NCBI GenBank assembly: GCA_965116475.1
Contig: OZ220691.1
Span: forward strand, 128,001 to 192,000
DNA: 64,000 nucleotides
Source: Gemmatimonadota bacterium
Lineage (GTDB): Bacteria > Gemmatimonadota > Gemmatimonadetes > Palauibacterales > Palauibacteraceae
Direction: 5' to 3'
In this document: positions 1 through 9,321 of the stretch, one piece after another
How positions within the stretch are numbered: the stretch's first letter is position 1
Layout of the letters: each line of letters starts with the position of its first letter
Made by a program: the position numbers and the translations under genes
The notes under the pieces: generated by a model
What the model was told of the DNA's origin: nothing
The model's input: the letters and a program-made list of their open reading frames with translations, nothing else
Database searches by the model: none

Positions 1-235
1 GAGGGTGGTCCCGCTGACGGACCAGATATGGTTCCAGGTCCGATGTCGGAACTTGACGAATGTCTCGGCAGATGAAGTGAGCTTCAGGGAAGTTGGCCCG
101 GAATGTCGTCGCCGCCTCCACGTCCATATCGATGCCCACGAGAACATCCATACCGGCCTCCCGAAGACCAGCGCTTGTTCCTCCGCAGCCGCTGAAAAAA
201 TCTACTACCTGTGCCGGCCTTGTTGGCTCATCCAT
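1..235 (-). CDS. DNA (cytosine-5)-methyltransferase, N-terminal part (runs off the left edge)
   Basis: Not in the ORF track. Hand translation from ATG at 235: MDEPTRPAQVVDFFSGCGGTSAGLREAGMDVLVGIDMDVEAATTFRANFPEAHFICRDIRQV. This has C5-MTase motif I (DFFSGCGG) plus motif II/III-like segments. GGAGG RBS upstream. Confidence 0.88.
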   Translation of the reverse strand, partial: MDEPTRPAQVVDFFSGCGGTSAGLREAGMDVLVGIDMDVEAATTFRANFPEAHFICRDIRQVPTSDLEPYLVRQRDHP

Positions 236-627
236 TCGGGTCACCCTCCGCATCCAACGATGGTAGGCTGAGGCGTGGCTGTGCGGCTAACGCCTCCATT
301 GAGAGTGACCAAGAGTCGACCAACCTGGAAGGTCCACGCAGGTCTACGGTACACGTCCGGTCCCGGCGGGCGCGGATGCGTTCAATTGGTTCGGCAGCGC
401 CCTTGCCCCTCGCCGCCGCAATCTTGTTCCGCCTCCACCGACGTCGAACGCTCATGGTCCTTAGGTTACCTCCATCTTCCAAGACAACAGGATAGTGCGC
501 ACCACAACTCACGGCTCCCGAGCAGCCGTGAATGGTCGACAACCCAAATCGGACGATTGGGTTCCCCGCGTTGTATGGGATCGATCCGCCCGACACCAAG
601 AATATAGCGAACATCCGCCTCCGGGGC

Positions 628-2292
628 TCAGTCGAGCGCGGGGTGCCGCGTGTGCCAGTCCGTCGCCGCCTGGAAGGCGTGCGCCACGCTCAGGATCTTG
701 TCGTCGGCGAACAGGTCGCCGATGAGCGTCGTCGTCAGCGGCTGCTCCGCCTCCTCGCCCTCGGGCCCGAGCGGGCCGAAACCGTACTGGACGACGGCCG
801 CCGGGTGTCCCGTTTCGTTGGTGAGCCCCACCTCTCCCGAGCCGGTGGCGAACATGTCGAAGCCGTCCATTGCCTCGGCCATGCGCTTCATCACGATGAG
901 GCGCCGCCGCTGCGCGTGCACGTAGTCCATCGCCAGACCCTCGCGTCCGCGGCGGAAGCGCGTGAAGTCGCGCTCCTCCACCTCGCTGAGCCCCTCCGGC
1001 ACCGGGGGCAGTTCCCCGCCCGGTGCTACGTGGAAGTCGAAGGCCGACGACGACTCGGCGCCCAGCGAACTCGCCGCCTGGGCAGGCAGCTCGCGCATGA
1101 GCCGCGGCCGCGCCCCGAGTTCCTCCAGCTTCTCGACGAAGGAGTGCGGCGCGTCCTCGGTGTATCCGATGGAGAGCGCACCCAGGTCCGGGTTGCGCTC
1201 GAAACGGAACGGGGTCGTGACGGAGGCGGGGTCCTTCTCGTCCGCGCCGTGGATCTCGTTGAACACGAGCGCGCAGTCCTCGATCGTGCGGCACATGGGG
1301 CCCGTCTTGTCCATGCTCCACGAGAGCACCATGCCCCCGTAGCGGCTCACGCGTCCGAAGGTGGGGCGGAGGGCGCTCAGCCCGTTGCGGCGGCTCGGGG
1401 AGACGATCGACCCGCGCGTCTCGGTCCCGATCGAGAAGGCGACGCAGCCCGCCGCCGTCGCCGAGCCCGGCCCGGCGGAAGACCCGCTCGATCCCCAGGC
1501 GAGGTTCCACGGATTCAGCGTCCGGCCGCGGTACCAGCGGTCGCCCCGCGCGAACTCTCCCGTCGCGAGCTTCGCGATGAGCACGGCGCCCGCCGCGTTC
1601 AGCCGGCGCACGACCTCCGCATCCTCCTCGATCATCTGCGTCTGGAACGCGGCCGAGCCCCACGTCGTCCGCGCCCCGACAGTCGAGAAAAGGTCCTTCA
1701 CGCCGTAGGGGATCCCGTGCAGGGGCCCGCGCCATTCGCCCGCGCGGATCTCGGCTTCCGCCTGTTCCGCCTCTTCCCTGCCTCGGTCTTCCAGGATCGT
1801 CACCGCGCACAGCAGCACGGGGTCGTACCGCTTCATGCGCTCCATGTAGATGTCGAACAGTTCCGTCGGCGAGACCCGGCGCTCCCTCACGAGGGCCGAG
1901 AGCCGGTGGACGGGGAGAAAGGCGATCTCCTCCTCGGAGGACGGCACGGGGCCCTCCCAGGGTGCGACGTCGATCGAGGTCTTCTCGAACGGGTTCATCC
2001 CGGCGCGCCAGTACTTTTCGAGCAGCGCCCCCGTCCCGCCCGGATACGCCTGGAACTGCAGGGCCGGCGGCTCCCCGTTCCCAAGCGGGATGACGTCCTC
2101 CTGCACCGCTTCGCGCAGTCCCTCGAACTCCGGAGCATCGGGGGCGAGAGGGATCGCCTCCGGAGCGGCCATGAGCGAGCGCGGATCCAGAGCCCCCGCC
2201 GCAGTCGCCGCAGCCGCCGCCTTCAGAAACCCGCGCCGACCAAAGCCGCTTTTCGCAACGTCCGCACCTCTCCTGTCGAGCCTTTCGGACAC
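628..2292 (-). CDS. Amidase-signature family protein with Tat signal peptide
   Basis: GRRGFLK twin-arginine motif; GVKDL, GSSGSSAG and IGTETRGSI amidase-signature motifs; AGGAGG RBS. Confidence 0.9.
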   Translation of the reverse strand: MSERLDRRGADVAKSGFGRRGFLKAAAAATAAGALDPRSLMAAPEAIPLAPDAPEFEGLREAVQEDVIPLGNGEPPALQFQAYPGGTGALLEKYWRAGMNPFEKTSIDVAPWEGPVPSSEEEIAFLPVHRLSALVRERRVSPTELFDIYMERMKRYDPVLLCAVTILEDRGREEAEQAEAEIRAGEWRGPLHGIPYGVKDLFSTVGARTTWGSAAFQTQMIEEDAEVVRRLNAAGAVLIAKLATGEFARGDRWYRGRTLNPWNLAWGSSGSSAGPGSATAAGCVAFSIGTETRGSIVSPSRRNGLSALRPTFGRVSRYGGMVLSWSMDKTGPMCRTIEDCALVFNEIHGADEKDPASVTTPFRFERNPDLGALSIGYTEDAPHSFVEKLEELGARPRLMRELPAQAASSLGAESSSAFDFHVAPGGELPPVPEGLSEVEERDFTRFRRGREGLAMDYVHAQRRRLIVMKRMAEAMDGFDMFATGSGEVGLTNETGHPAAVVQYGFGPLGPEGEEAEQPLTTTLIGDLFADDKILSVAHAFQAATDWHTRHPALD

Positions 2293-2509
2293 GCTCCCCT
2301 CCTGTAGCCAAATAACGTCAGAGGGTCACACTGCGGGGAGATGCCGGAGCCGACAAGCCTGCGAATGCGGGTGGAGTGAGGCCGGGGCGCGCGCGACCAC
2401 TTCGGTACATCCGACTTCATCCCAACGTCGTCCCTGCCACAGGAGGGTGATCCGCCGCCCCGGCTTCAGTGGCTGAGACGCGCGCGGTTGGCAGAACGTT
2501 GCTTCGCTG

Positions 2510-3640
2510 CTAGCCCGGCAGGTTGAAGAAGGCGAACCCGAGCAGGACGTACACGGCGAGGAGAAGGACGCCCTCCATCCAGTGCGTCTGGCCGTCATCG
2601 GCGATCTGTCCCACGACGAGGACGGAGACCGCGACCGCCACGACTTCGAGCGGCGAAAAGACGAGGTTCATCGGCTCCGGCCCGATCGCGTAGGAGAGGA
2701 AGACGAGAAGCGGGGCGATGAGAAGGGCGATCTGGAGGGACGACCCCACCGCGATCTGAATCGACAGGTCCATCTTGTTCCGGAGGGCGACGAGCACGGC
2801 GGTTGAATGTTCCGCCGCGTTGCCGACGAGGGCGACGACGATCACGCCCACGAAGACCTCGGTCATCCCCAGGGCGTGGGCCGCCTCCTCCGCCCCGCCG
2901 ACGAGGATCTCGCTCATCCAGCCCACGAGCGCGGCGGCGCCGACGAGGATCGCGAACGACTTGCCCTTCGACCACGCGGGCGCGTGGCCCGCGCCCCCCG
3001 CATGCCCCTCGCCGTCGGCGTGCGCCGTCCCCTGGTACAGTTCCGCGTGCGTACGCAGCGCGAAGACGAGCGAGAGGACGTAGCAGACGATGAGGACGAC
3101 GGAGATTTCGAGGCTCAGCGACCCTGCCGCGGATCCCGAAGCGGATCCCGCAGCCGCTCCGGACTCCCCCCCGTCCCGGAGATAGTGCATGAGCGATGGG
3201 ATGACGAGCCCGACCGCGCTCAGGAGAAGGAGCGTGGAACCCAGCTTGGCCGCCGTCCGGTTGAACACCTGCTTGCGGAACTTCAGGCCGCCGAGCAGCG
3301 CGCTCAGTCCGAAGATGAGGAGGATGTTACCGATGATCGATCCCGTGAGGGACGCCTTCACCAGGTCGTACAGGCCCGCCCTGAGGGCGAAGATCGCGAT
3401 GATCAGTTCCGCGGCGTTCCCGAAGGTCGCGTTGAGCAGTCCTCCGAGACCGGCGCCCACGTGCTCGGCCAGCATCTCGGTGGACTTCCCCATGATCCCG
3501 GCGAGGGGAACGATCGCGACCGCGGAGGTAAGAAAGAGCGTGGTCGCCGACGCATGGACGACGTACTCGAGAACGAGCGTGATGGGAACGAAGACGAGCA
3601 GGAGCAGGAGAACCTGGTCCGCTTTCAGCTTGAGAGCCAA
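2510..3640 (-). CDS. Ca2+/H+ antiporter (CaCA/Cax family)
   Basis: Two alpha-repeat motifs (GNAAEL, GNAAEH), many TM helices, His/Gly-rich central loop. Confidence 0.92.
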   Translation of the reverse strand: MALKLKADQVLLLLLVFVPITLVLEYVVHASATTLFLTSAVAIVPLAGIMGKSTEMLAEHVGAGLGGLLNATFGNAAELIIAIFALRAGLYDLVKASLTGSIIGNILLIFGLSALLGGLKFRKQVFNRTAAKLGSTLLLLSAVGLVIPSLMHYLRDGGESGAAAGSASGSAAGSLSLEISVVLIVCYVLSLVFALRTHAELYQGTAHADGEGHAGGAGHAPAWSKGKSFAILVGAAALVGWMSEILVGGAEEAAHALGMTEVFVGVIVVALVGNAAEHSTAVLVALRNKMDLSIQIAVGSSLQIALLIAPLLVFLSYAIGPEPMNLVFSPLEVVAVAVSVLVVGQIADDGQTHWMEGVLLLAVYVLLGFAFFNLPG

Positions 3641-3702
3641 CCCGTTTTCCTCCCGTTTTCGCCGGAAAGCACACCGGAAAGCACAGCAGCCCGTGGCAAA
3701 AA

Positions 3703-3773
3703 AGGCGCCGTCCGGATTCGAACCGGAGTAGGGGGCTTTGCAGGCCCCTGCCTAACCACTCGGCCACGGCGCC
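3703..3773 (-). tRNA. tRNA-Cys (GCA); CCA not encoded
   Basis: Minus strand GGCGCCGTGGCCGAGTGGTTAGGCAGGGGCCTGCAAAGCCCCCTACTCCGGTTCGAATCCGGACGGCGCCT forms a cloverleaf with anticodon GCA and U discriminator. Confidence 0.96.
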
Positions 3774-3855
3774 GGAGTCGCACAGCCTAATGGAGCGACC
3801 ACGCGGACGCTACCGCCCACGCTACCGCCGGAAGGTTCTCCATCGCGCCCCGGCC

Positions 3856-3864
3856 TGCTATACT
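3856..3864 (+). promoter_or_regulatory. Extended -10 promoter (TGcTATACT) 6 nt before ATG 3871; probably leaderless
   Basis: Direct sequence match; no Shine-Dalgarno between the -10 and the ATG. Confidence 0.6.
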
Positions 3865-3870
3865 CGCGCG

Positions 3871-5532
3871 ATGCATCCGCCGACCCGTCGGGCCCTTCCG
3901 ATCCTTCTCGCCCTCGTCTCCGCAGCCATGGCTCCCGTCCACCTGGCCGGGCAGTTCAGCGACGCGCGACTGCCGAGGCAGGGGAAGCTGTGGCTCACGA
4001 TCGCGCCAACCCTGCTGAACTGGTCCGAACAGTTCGCCTTCGACTCGAGTGCCGGGATTGCCGACGGGGAGCGCGAGCCGCTGGCCGCCCACTTCGACGG
4101 TCCGCTCGCCCGCCGCATGTTCCCTCCCCCCCTTGCCCTGATCCAGGAACTCAACGATGACGCGGAGGCGCTCGGCTTCGAACCCGTGACCGAGGACGAC
4201 TTCTCGTTCGGCGGGCTCGACTTCTCGGCCATGCGGGCGCAGGTGCGCCGACTCGGGCTCGGCGTCGAGGTGGGGGTCCTCGACTGGGTCAGCGTGGGCA
4301 TCCGGGCCCCGTTCACGCTCACGGACATGACGGTGGGCTTCGCCTTCGATTCCACGGCGACCGTGACCGGAAACGGCGCGGCCTTCGAGTCCGGTGCGCC
4401 CTTCCTCCGGGACGCGCGGTCGGCGCTCGACGATCTCGGTGCGCTGATCCGTGGGGGCTCCCTGACGGGGACCGCGCTCGAGGAAGCGATCGCGCTCCGG
4501 AGCGCGACGCAGAATTTCGTCAACACGCTGGGGCAGCGGGCCGGCGCCGGAGCCCTGATTCCCACCGCTTCCAGCGCGGCGGGGACCCAGATGGCGCAAC
4601 GCTTCGCGGATTTCGCGGCGGCGTTCGACGCGCTCGGCCTGACGCTGCCGGAGCTCTCGCTGCCCGAGTTCGCGACGGAGGATGACTTCAACATGTTGTT
4701 CCTGAGTCAGGGCTTGGCGGATCGGCTGCCCAGGGACACGAGGAACGAGCTCGATCTGGGCGAGGTCGAGGTCTCCGTGCGCGTGAACCTCATCGACGGC
4801 ATCACGCGCCGCAGGCCGATCCCCGGGCCGGGCGCGGAGGCCGGCGCGGAATCCGGCTCTGGAGCGGACCCGGAGCGGGGCATTCGGTTCCGTACGAGCG
4901 TGGGTGGACTCGCCCGCGTACCGATCCGAAACCGAAACCTCACGATCTTCGGAGACCCGTCGAATTCGGCGGACATACCGATCGGGGACGGCCAGACCGA
5001 CATCGAACTGGCGTTGTACCAGGACATCGCCTTCGGGAGTCTCTTCATGATCCGTGCTTCCGCCCGCTACGGGATGCAGCGTCCCGACGAGGCGGTGATC
5101 CGCTTCACGCCTCCCGATCGCCCCTATGGTCAGGAAGACCTCGTGGCCCTGATGCGGCGGGATCTGGGAGACTACGTCGCAGTGCTGGTTCGCCCTTCCC
5201 TGCGCTTCAACTCCGCCCTCAGCGTGGGGATCGAGTACGACTACTTCCGGCTGCCCGCACCCACCTACGAGTTCGTCGGGCCCATCGAGGGGCTGGACAC
5301 GAACACGGTGGCGGCGGAGGGGGCGCAGACCCGCCACCGGCTGGGAGTCGGGTTCCTCATCGATATCTCCGAGGCCGGGGGCGTCGAGGAACTGCATGAC
5401 GGGGCCAGGCCGGTGCGCGGCGCCTACCAGTTCGGCATCTCGCTGCGGCGGGCGATTTCCGGCTCTGGAGGGCGAACGCCGGCATCCTTCCGCTACGCGG
5501 CCGAACTCCGCTTCCCGATCAGCATCTTTTAG
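3871..5532 (+). CDS. Hypothetical exported protein, probable outer-membrane beta-barrel
   Basis: Signal peptide (MHPPTRRALPILLALVSAAMAPVHLAG/Q), amphipathic beta-strands, C-terminal Phe (AELRFPISIF). Confidence 0.7.
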   Translation: MHPPTRRALPILLALVSAAMAPVHLAGQFSDARLPRQGKLWLTIAPTLLNWSEQFAFDSSAGIADGEREPLAAHFDGPLARRMFPPPLALIQELNDDAEALGFEPVTEDDFSFGGLDFSAMRAQVRRLGLGVEVGVLDWVSVGIRAPFTLTDMTVGFAFDSTATVTGNGAAFESGAPFLRDARSALDDLGALIRGGSLTGTALEEAIALRSATQNFVNTLGQRAGAGALIPTASSAAGTQMAQRFADFAAAFDALGLTLPELSLPEFATEDDFNMLFLSQGLADRLPRDTRNELDLGEVEVSVRVNLIDGITRRRPIPGPGAEAGAESGSGADPERGIRFRTSVGGLARVPIRNRNLTIFGDPSNSADIPIGDGQTDIELALYQDIAFGSLFMIRASARYGMQRPDEAVIRFTPPDRPYGQEDLVALMRRDLGDYVAVLVRPSLRFNSALSVGIEYDYFRLPAPTYEFVGPIEGLDTNTVAAEGAQTRHRLGVGFLIDISEAGGVEELHDGARPVRGAYQFGISLRRAISGSGGRTPASFRYAAELRFPISIF

Positions 5533-5569
5533 CAGTCCGTAGCGCCCACGGCTGAAACGTCCGCCGGCG

Positions 5570-7234
5570 CTACAGTTGGCCGGCGAGCAGCTCCTCGGCG
5601 TGGGCGCGCGAGGCGCGGCTGGCGGGGTCGCCGCCGAGCATGCGAGCAACCTCGTGGACGCGTGCTCCGCCGGTGAGCACGCGGACCGACGTCCGCGCGC
5701 CTTCGGCTTCCGTGACCTTTCCGACGGAGTAGTGAGCGTCGGCCCGCGCCGCGATCTGCGCGAGATGCGTGACGACGAGCACCTGGTGCGCGGCGGAAAG
5801 CCGCACGAGACGGGCCGCCACGCGGTGCGCCACTTCGCCCCCGATCCCCGCATCGATCTCGTCGAACACGAGCACGGGCAGGTCGTCCACCTCGATGAGG
5901 GCGGTCTCGAGCGCAAGCATGAGGCGGCTCATCTCTCCCCCGGAGGCCACGCGCCGCAGCGGCGCCGGCGGGAAACCCGGATTCAGCGAGACGAGAAACT
6001 CGGCCCCTTCAGCGCCGGTTGCCCGGATCTCGCCATATGCGTCGAGCGCGATCTCGAGACGGCCTCCCCTGAGACCGAGTTCCGGTAGCGCCGTCGTCAC
6101 GGCCTCGGCGAGCGCGCCGGCCGACACCCGGCGCCCCTCGGACAGTTCGGACGCCAGCGCGGCCAGTTCGGCGGACGCAGCCTCCCGCGCCTTTTCGAGC
6201 CGCTCGATCTCCTCATCGGCCCCCTGCACGGTCTCCAACTCGCGCCCTGCCTCTTCGCCCGCGCGGATCACGTCCTCAAGAGAGCCGCCGTACTTGCGCC
6301 TGAGCCGGTAGAGGAGATCCTGCCGGACGCGGATTTCATCGAGCCGTCGAGGGTCGTGCTCGATCGAGTCGCGGTAGGGAGCCAGGCCGCGTCCGAGTTC
6401 CTCCACGTTGCGGAGCGCCGCCTCGATCAGGTCGCGGAAGGGACCCGCCTCGCGGTCGATCGCAACGAGGGCCTCGAGTCGGGCGGCGAATTCGCCCAAC
6501 CGGTCGACGATCGACCCCTCGGCCTCGTACAGCCCGTGGTGGAGCGAGCCCGAGAGTTCGATCAGCTCCTCGGAGTGCGAGAGACGGCGCGCCTCCGACT
6601 CGAGCGCCTCATCTTCGTCCGGTTCGAGACCGGCGGCGGCGATCTCGTCCCGCTTGAAGCGCAAGTAATCGGCCCGCTCGCGCCCCTCGCGCGCGGCGCG
6701 GCGCGTGTCCTCCAGGCGTCCCTCGATGCCGCGCAGCGCGTCGTGTGCGGCCGCCGTCCGGGCGGCGAGCGCCTCGTGACGGCCGTAGGCGTCCAGAATC
6801 CGCCGCTGCCACGCGCGGTCGAGGAGCCGCTGGTGGTCGTGCTGCCCGTGGAGGTCGAGCAGCCGGCCGCCGAACTCGCGGAGCCTGCCGGCCGTGGCCG
6901 GCGAGCCGTTCACCCATGCCCGATGCCGGCCCTCGCGGCGCAACTCGCGACACAGAATGAGCCAGCCATCTTCATGATCGACGCCGGCCTCCTCGCACAG
7001 CGCCCGGAGTCCGTCGAGATCCTCGATCTCGAAGCGGCCTTCGATGCGGGCGGCCCCGGCGCCCGTCCGGATCATGCCCGGCGACGGCCGCCCTCCGACG
7101 AGGAGCGCGAGCGCTTCGACGAGGAGGGATTTCCCCGCCCCCGTCTCGCCGCTGAGCACGCTGAGGCCCGGCCCGAATTCGAGGGTCGCTTCCTCGACGA
7201 CGGCGAAGTTCCGGACCCGAAGCTCCCTCAGCAC
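5570..7234 (-). CDS. recN: DNA repair protein RecN
   Basis: GETGAGKS Walker A, SGGE signature, FDEID Walker B, coiled coil. Confidence 0.96.
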   Translation of the reverse strand: MLRELRVRNFAVVEEATLEFGPGLSVLSGETGAGKSLLVEALALLVGGRPSPGMIRTGAGAARIEGRFEIEDLDGLRALCEEAGVDHEDGWLILCRELRREGRHRAWVNGSPATAGRLREFGGRLLDLHGQHDHQRLLDRAWQRRILDAYGRHEALAARTAAAHDALRGIEGRLEDTRRAAREGRERADYLRFKRDEIAAAGLEPDEDEALESEARRLSHSEELIELSGSLHHGLYEAEGSIVDRLGEFAARLEALVAIDREAGPFRDLIEAALRNVEELGRGLAPYRDSIEHDPRRLDEIRVRQDLLYRLRRKYGGSLEDVIRAGEEAGRELETVQGADEEIERLEKAREAASAELAALASELSEGRRVSAGALAEAVTTALPELGLRGGRLEIALDAYGEIRATGAEGAEFLVSLNPGFPPAPLRRVASGGEMSRLMLALETALIEVDDLPVLVFDEIDAGIGGEVAHRVAARLVRLSAAHQVLVVTHLAQIAARADAHYSVGKVTEAEGARTSVRVLTGGARVHEVARMLGGDPASRASRAHAEELLAGQL

Positions 7235-8133
7235 TCCGGCCCCCTCCCGCCCCCGGACGGGGGCGACGGGTGTTCGCGGACATCGCCCCAGCGCAGCTTC
7301 CGCCTCAGGACGCTGAAGAACGAATGGCGCGGCAGCCGGACCAGACCCACGGCGTGCCTCGACCGCGAGACCTCCACCCGGTCACCCACCGAGAGACGGC
7401 AGCCCGGCTGACCATCGACGGTCAGTTGCAGGTCGTGGTCTCCCGAGAGGAGCTCGACGGAGATCCGCGTGTCTCCCGAGAACACGACCGGGCGCACGGC
7501 AAGCGTGTGCGGCGAGATCGGCGTCGCGACGATGCCCTCCATCGTCGGCGAGACGATGGGGCCACCCGCGGAGAGGCTGTAGGCCGTCGAGCCCGTGGCC
7601 GTGGCGAGGATGATGCCATCTGCGCTGTAGTGCCCCACTTCGTCGTCGTCGGCCAGCACGCGCAACCCGATCAGGCGGGCGAAGCCGCTCTTGTGAATGA
7701 CGGCGTCGTTGATCGCGTAGAAGCTCCGCCCGTCAGGCCCGCCGGATCCGTTCGGAATCACCCGGACGCGGAGGGCGAGCCGCTTCTCGAGCGCGTAGTC
7801 CCCGCCCGCCACCATCGACATCGCGGCCTCGAGTTCGTCCTCCGACACCATCGTCAGAAACCCGAGCCGGCCCAGGTTGCAGCCCAGCACCGGGATCCCG
7901 CGCGGCGCCGCCAGGCGAGCCGCCCGCAGCAACGTCCCGTCCCCGCCGAGGGCCAGGACGAGCGCGACATCGCCTTCGATCTCCTCCGGCGGGGCGGATT
8001 CGCGCCGCGGCATCCGCGCGAGCGGCGGCTCGAAGACGAGAGAGACCCCGAGTTCCTCCGCCTTCCGCTCGACGCGCTCAAGGAGCGGCTCCAGTTCCGG
8101 GTGATCGGCGATCCCGATGATGAAGAACTTCAC
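7228..8133 (-). CDS. nadK: NAD kinase (start placed at GTG 8133)
   Basis: GGDGT motif, NLGRLGFL, TGSTAYSLSAGGP. Confidence 0.95.
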   Translation of the reverse strand: MKFFIIGIADHPELEPLLERVERKAEELGVSLVFEPPLARMPRRESAPPEEIEGDVALVLALGGDGTLLRAARLAAPRGIPVLGCNLGRLGFLTMVSEDELEAAMSMVAGGDYALEKRLALRVRVIPNGSGGPDGRSFYAINDAVIHKSGFARLIGLRVLADDDEVGHYSADGIILATATGSTAYSLSAGGPIVSPTMEGIVATPISPHTLAVRPVVFSGDTRISVELLSGDHDLQLTVDGQPGCRLSVGDRVEVSRSRHAVGLVRLPRHSFFSVLRRKLRWGDVREHPSPPSGGGRGPEC

Positions 8134-8140
8134 GGGGCGC

Positions 8141-9043
8141 TCAACGGTCGCGCTCGAGGACGAGGCGTCCGATCTCGCGCAGCCGGTCCGCGCCCGCGAG
8201 CGGCGAAATCGCGCCCAGCGCCTCGCGGCCGAACTCCTCCGCGCGTGCTCTCGCCCCCTCCAGGCCGAGGACCGACGGCGTCGTCGCCTTTCCCAAAGCT
8301 TCATCCCGCCCGCCGATCTTCCCCATGCGGGTCGAGGATCCCGTCACGTCGAGGATATCGTCCACCGTCTGGAAGGCGAGGCCGATCGCGATCCCGAAGC
8401 GGGTCAGGCGATCGACCGTCTCCTCGGGCGCGCGGGCGGCGACGCCGCCCATGGTGCAGCAGGCCGCGATGAGGCGAGCCGTCTTCCCGCGGTGAATGCG
8501 CTCGAGCGTCTCGAAGCCGACCCTCTTCTTCTCGGCGAGGAGGTCGAGGAGCTGGCCGCCGACCATGCCGTCGCTGCCGGCCGCCGCAGTAAGGACCCCG
8601 ATGAGCCGGCCTGCCACGGGGTCCGGCAGCTTCAGGCCCGCCGCTCCCTCGGCCACCGCGCGGATCGCAAGCGGAAGCAGCGCCGCGCCCGTCATGACCG
8701 CGGCGCGCTCCCCGTATCGGACGTGCACGGTCGGCCGCCCCCGGCGAAGGTCGTCGTCATCCATGCACGGGAGATCATCGTGGATCAGGGAGTACGTGTG
8801 GACGAGCTCGGGTCCCAGCGCCACGCGACGGAGCGCGCGCGCGCCGTTTCCCGCGTCGGGCCCGGCGGCGGCCGCGGCTTCCCACGCCCCGACGAACAGG
8901 AGAGGCCGGATCCTCTTCCCCTTCGCAAGCACGGCGTACCGGAGGGGTTCCGCGATCGGGCCGGTCCCGCGCAGCGTCTCGGCGAGCCAGCGTTCCAGCT
9001 CGTCATCGATGGCGGCACGCAGCTCGTGCAGACCGAGGCTCAC
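8141..9043 (-). CDS. ispA: Geranyl/farnesyl diphosphate synthase
   Basis: GKRIRP, SLIHDDLPCMDDDDLRRG (FARM), FQTVDDILD (SARM). Confidence 0.93.
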   Translation of the reverse strand: MSLGLHELRAAIDDELERWLAETLRGTGPIAEPLRYAVLAKGKRIRPLLFVGAWEAAAAAGPDAGNGARALRRVALGPELVHTYSLIHDDLPCMDDDDLRRGRPTVHVRYGERAAVMTGAALLPLAIRAVAEGAAGLKLPDPVAGRLIGVLTAAAGSDGMVGGQLLDLLAEKKRVGFETLERIHRGKTARLIAACCTMGGVAARAPEETVDRLTRFGIAIGLAFQTVDDILDVTGSSTRMGKIGGRDEALGKATTPSVLGLEGARARAEEFGREALGAISPLAGADRLREIGRLVLERDR

Positions 9044-9321
9044 GGTTCGCCGTCCGACCGGTTCCCCGGCTGGTCCCCGGGCGCTTCCAAGGCTTCCAGC
9101 GGCTTCGCTTCCAGCCGTCCCGTGGACGAAGCGATGAGCTCCTCGACCCGGCCACTCGCCGTCTCGAGCCAGCGCCGAGCCTCACCGAGCCGTTCGATTC
9201 CCTGCTCGAAGAGAGCGATCGCCTCGTCCAGACCGATGCCCTCGCGGTCGAGGCGGGAGACGATCCCTTCCAGCTCCCGCATCGCCGTCTCGAATTCGAA
9301 CTCCGTCGAAGGCTTGCTCAT
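9040..9321 (-). CDS. xseB: Exodeoxyribonuclease VII small subunit
   Basis: FETAMRELEGIV...LDEAIALFEQG pattern; lies between xseA and ispA. Confidence 0.92.
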   Translation of the reverse strand: MSKPSTEFEFETAMRELEGIVSRLDREGIGLDEAIALFEQGIERLGEARRWLETASGRVEELIASSTGRLEAKPLEALEAPGDQPGNRSDGEP

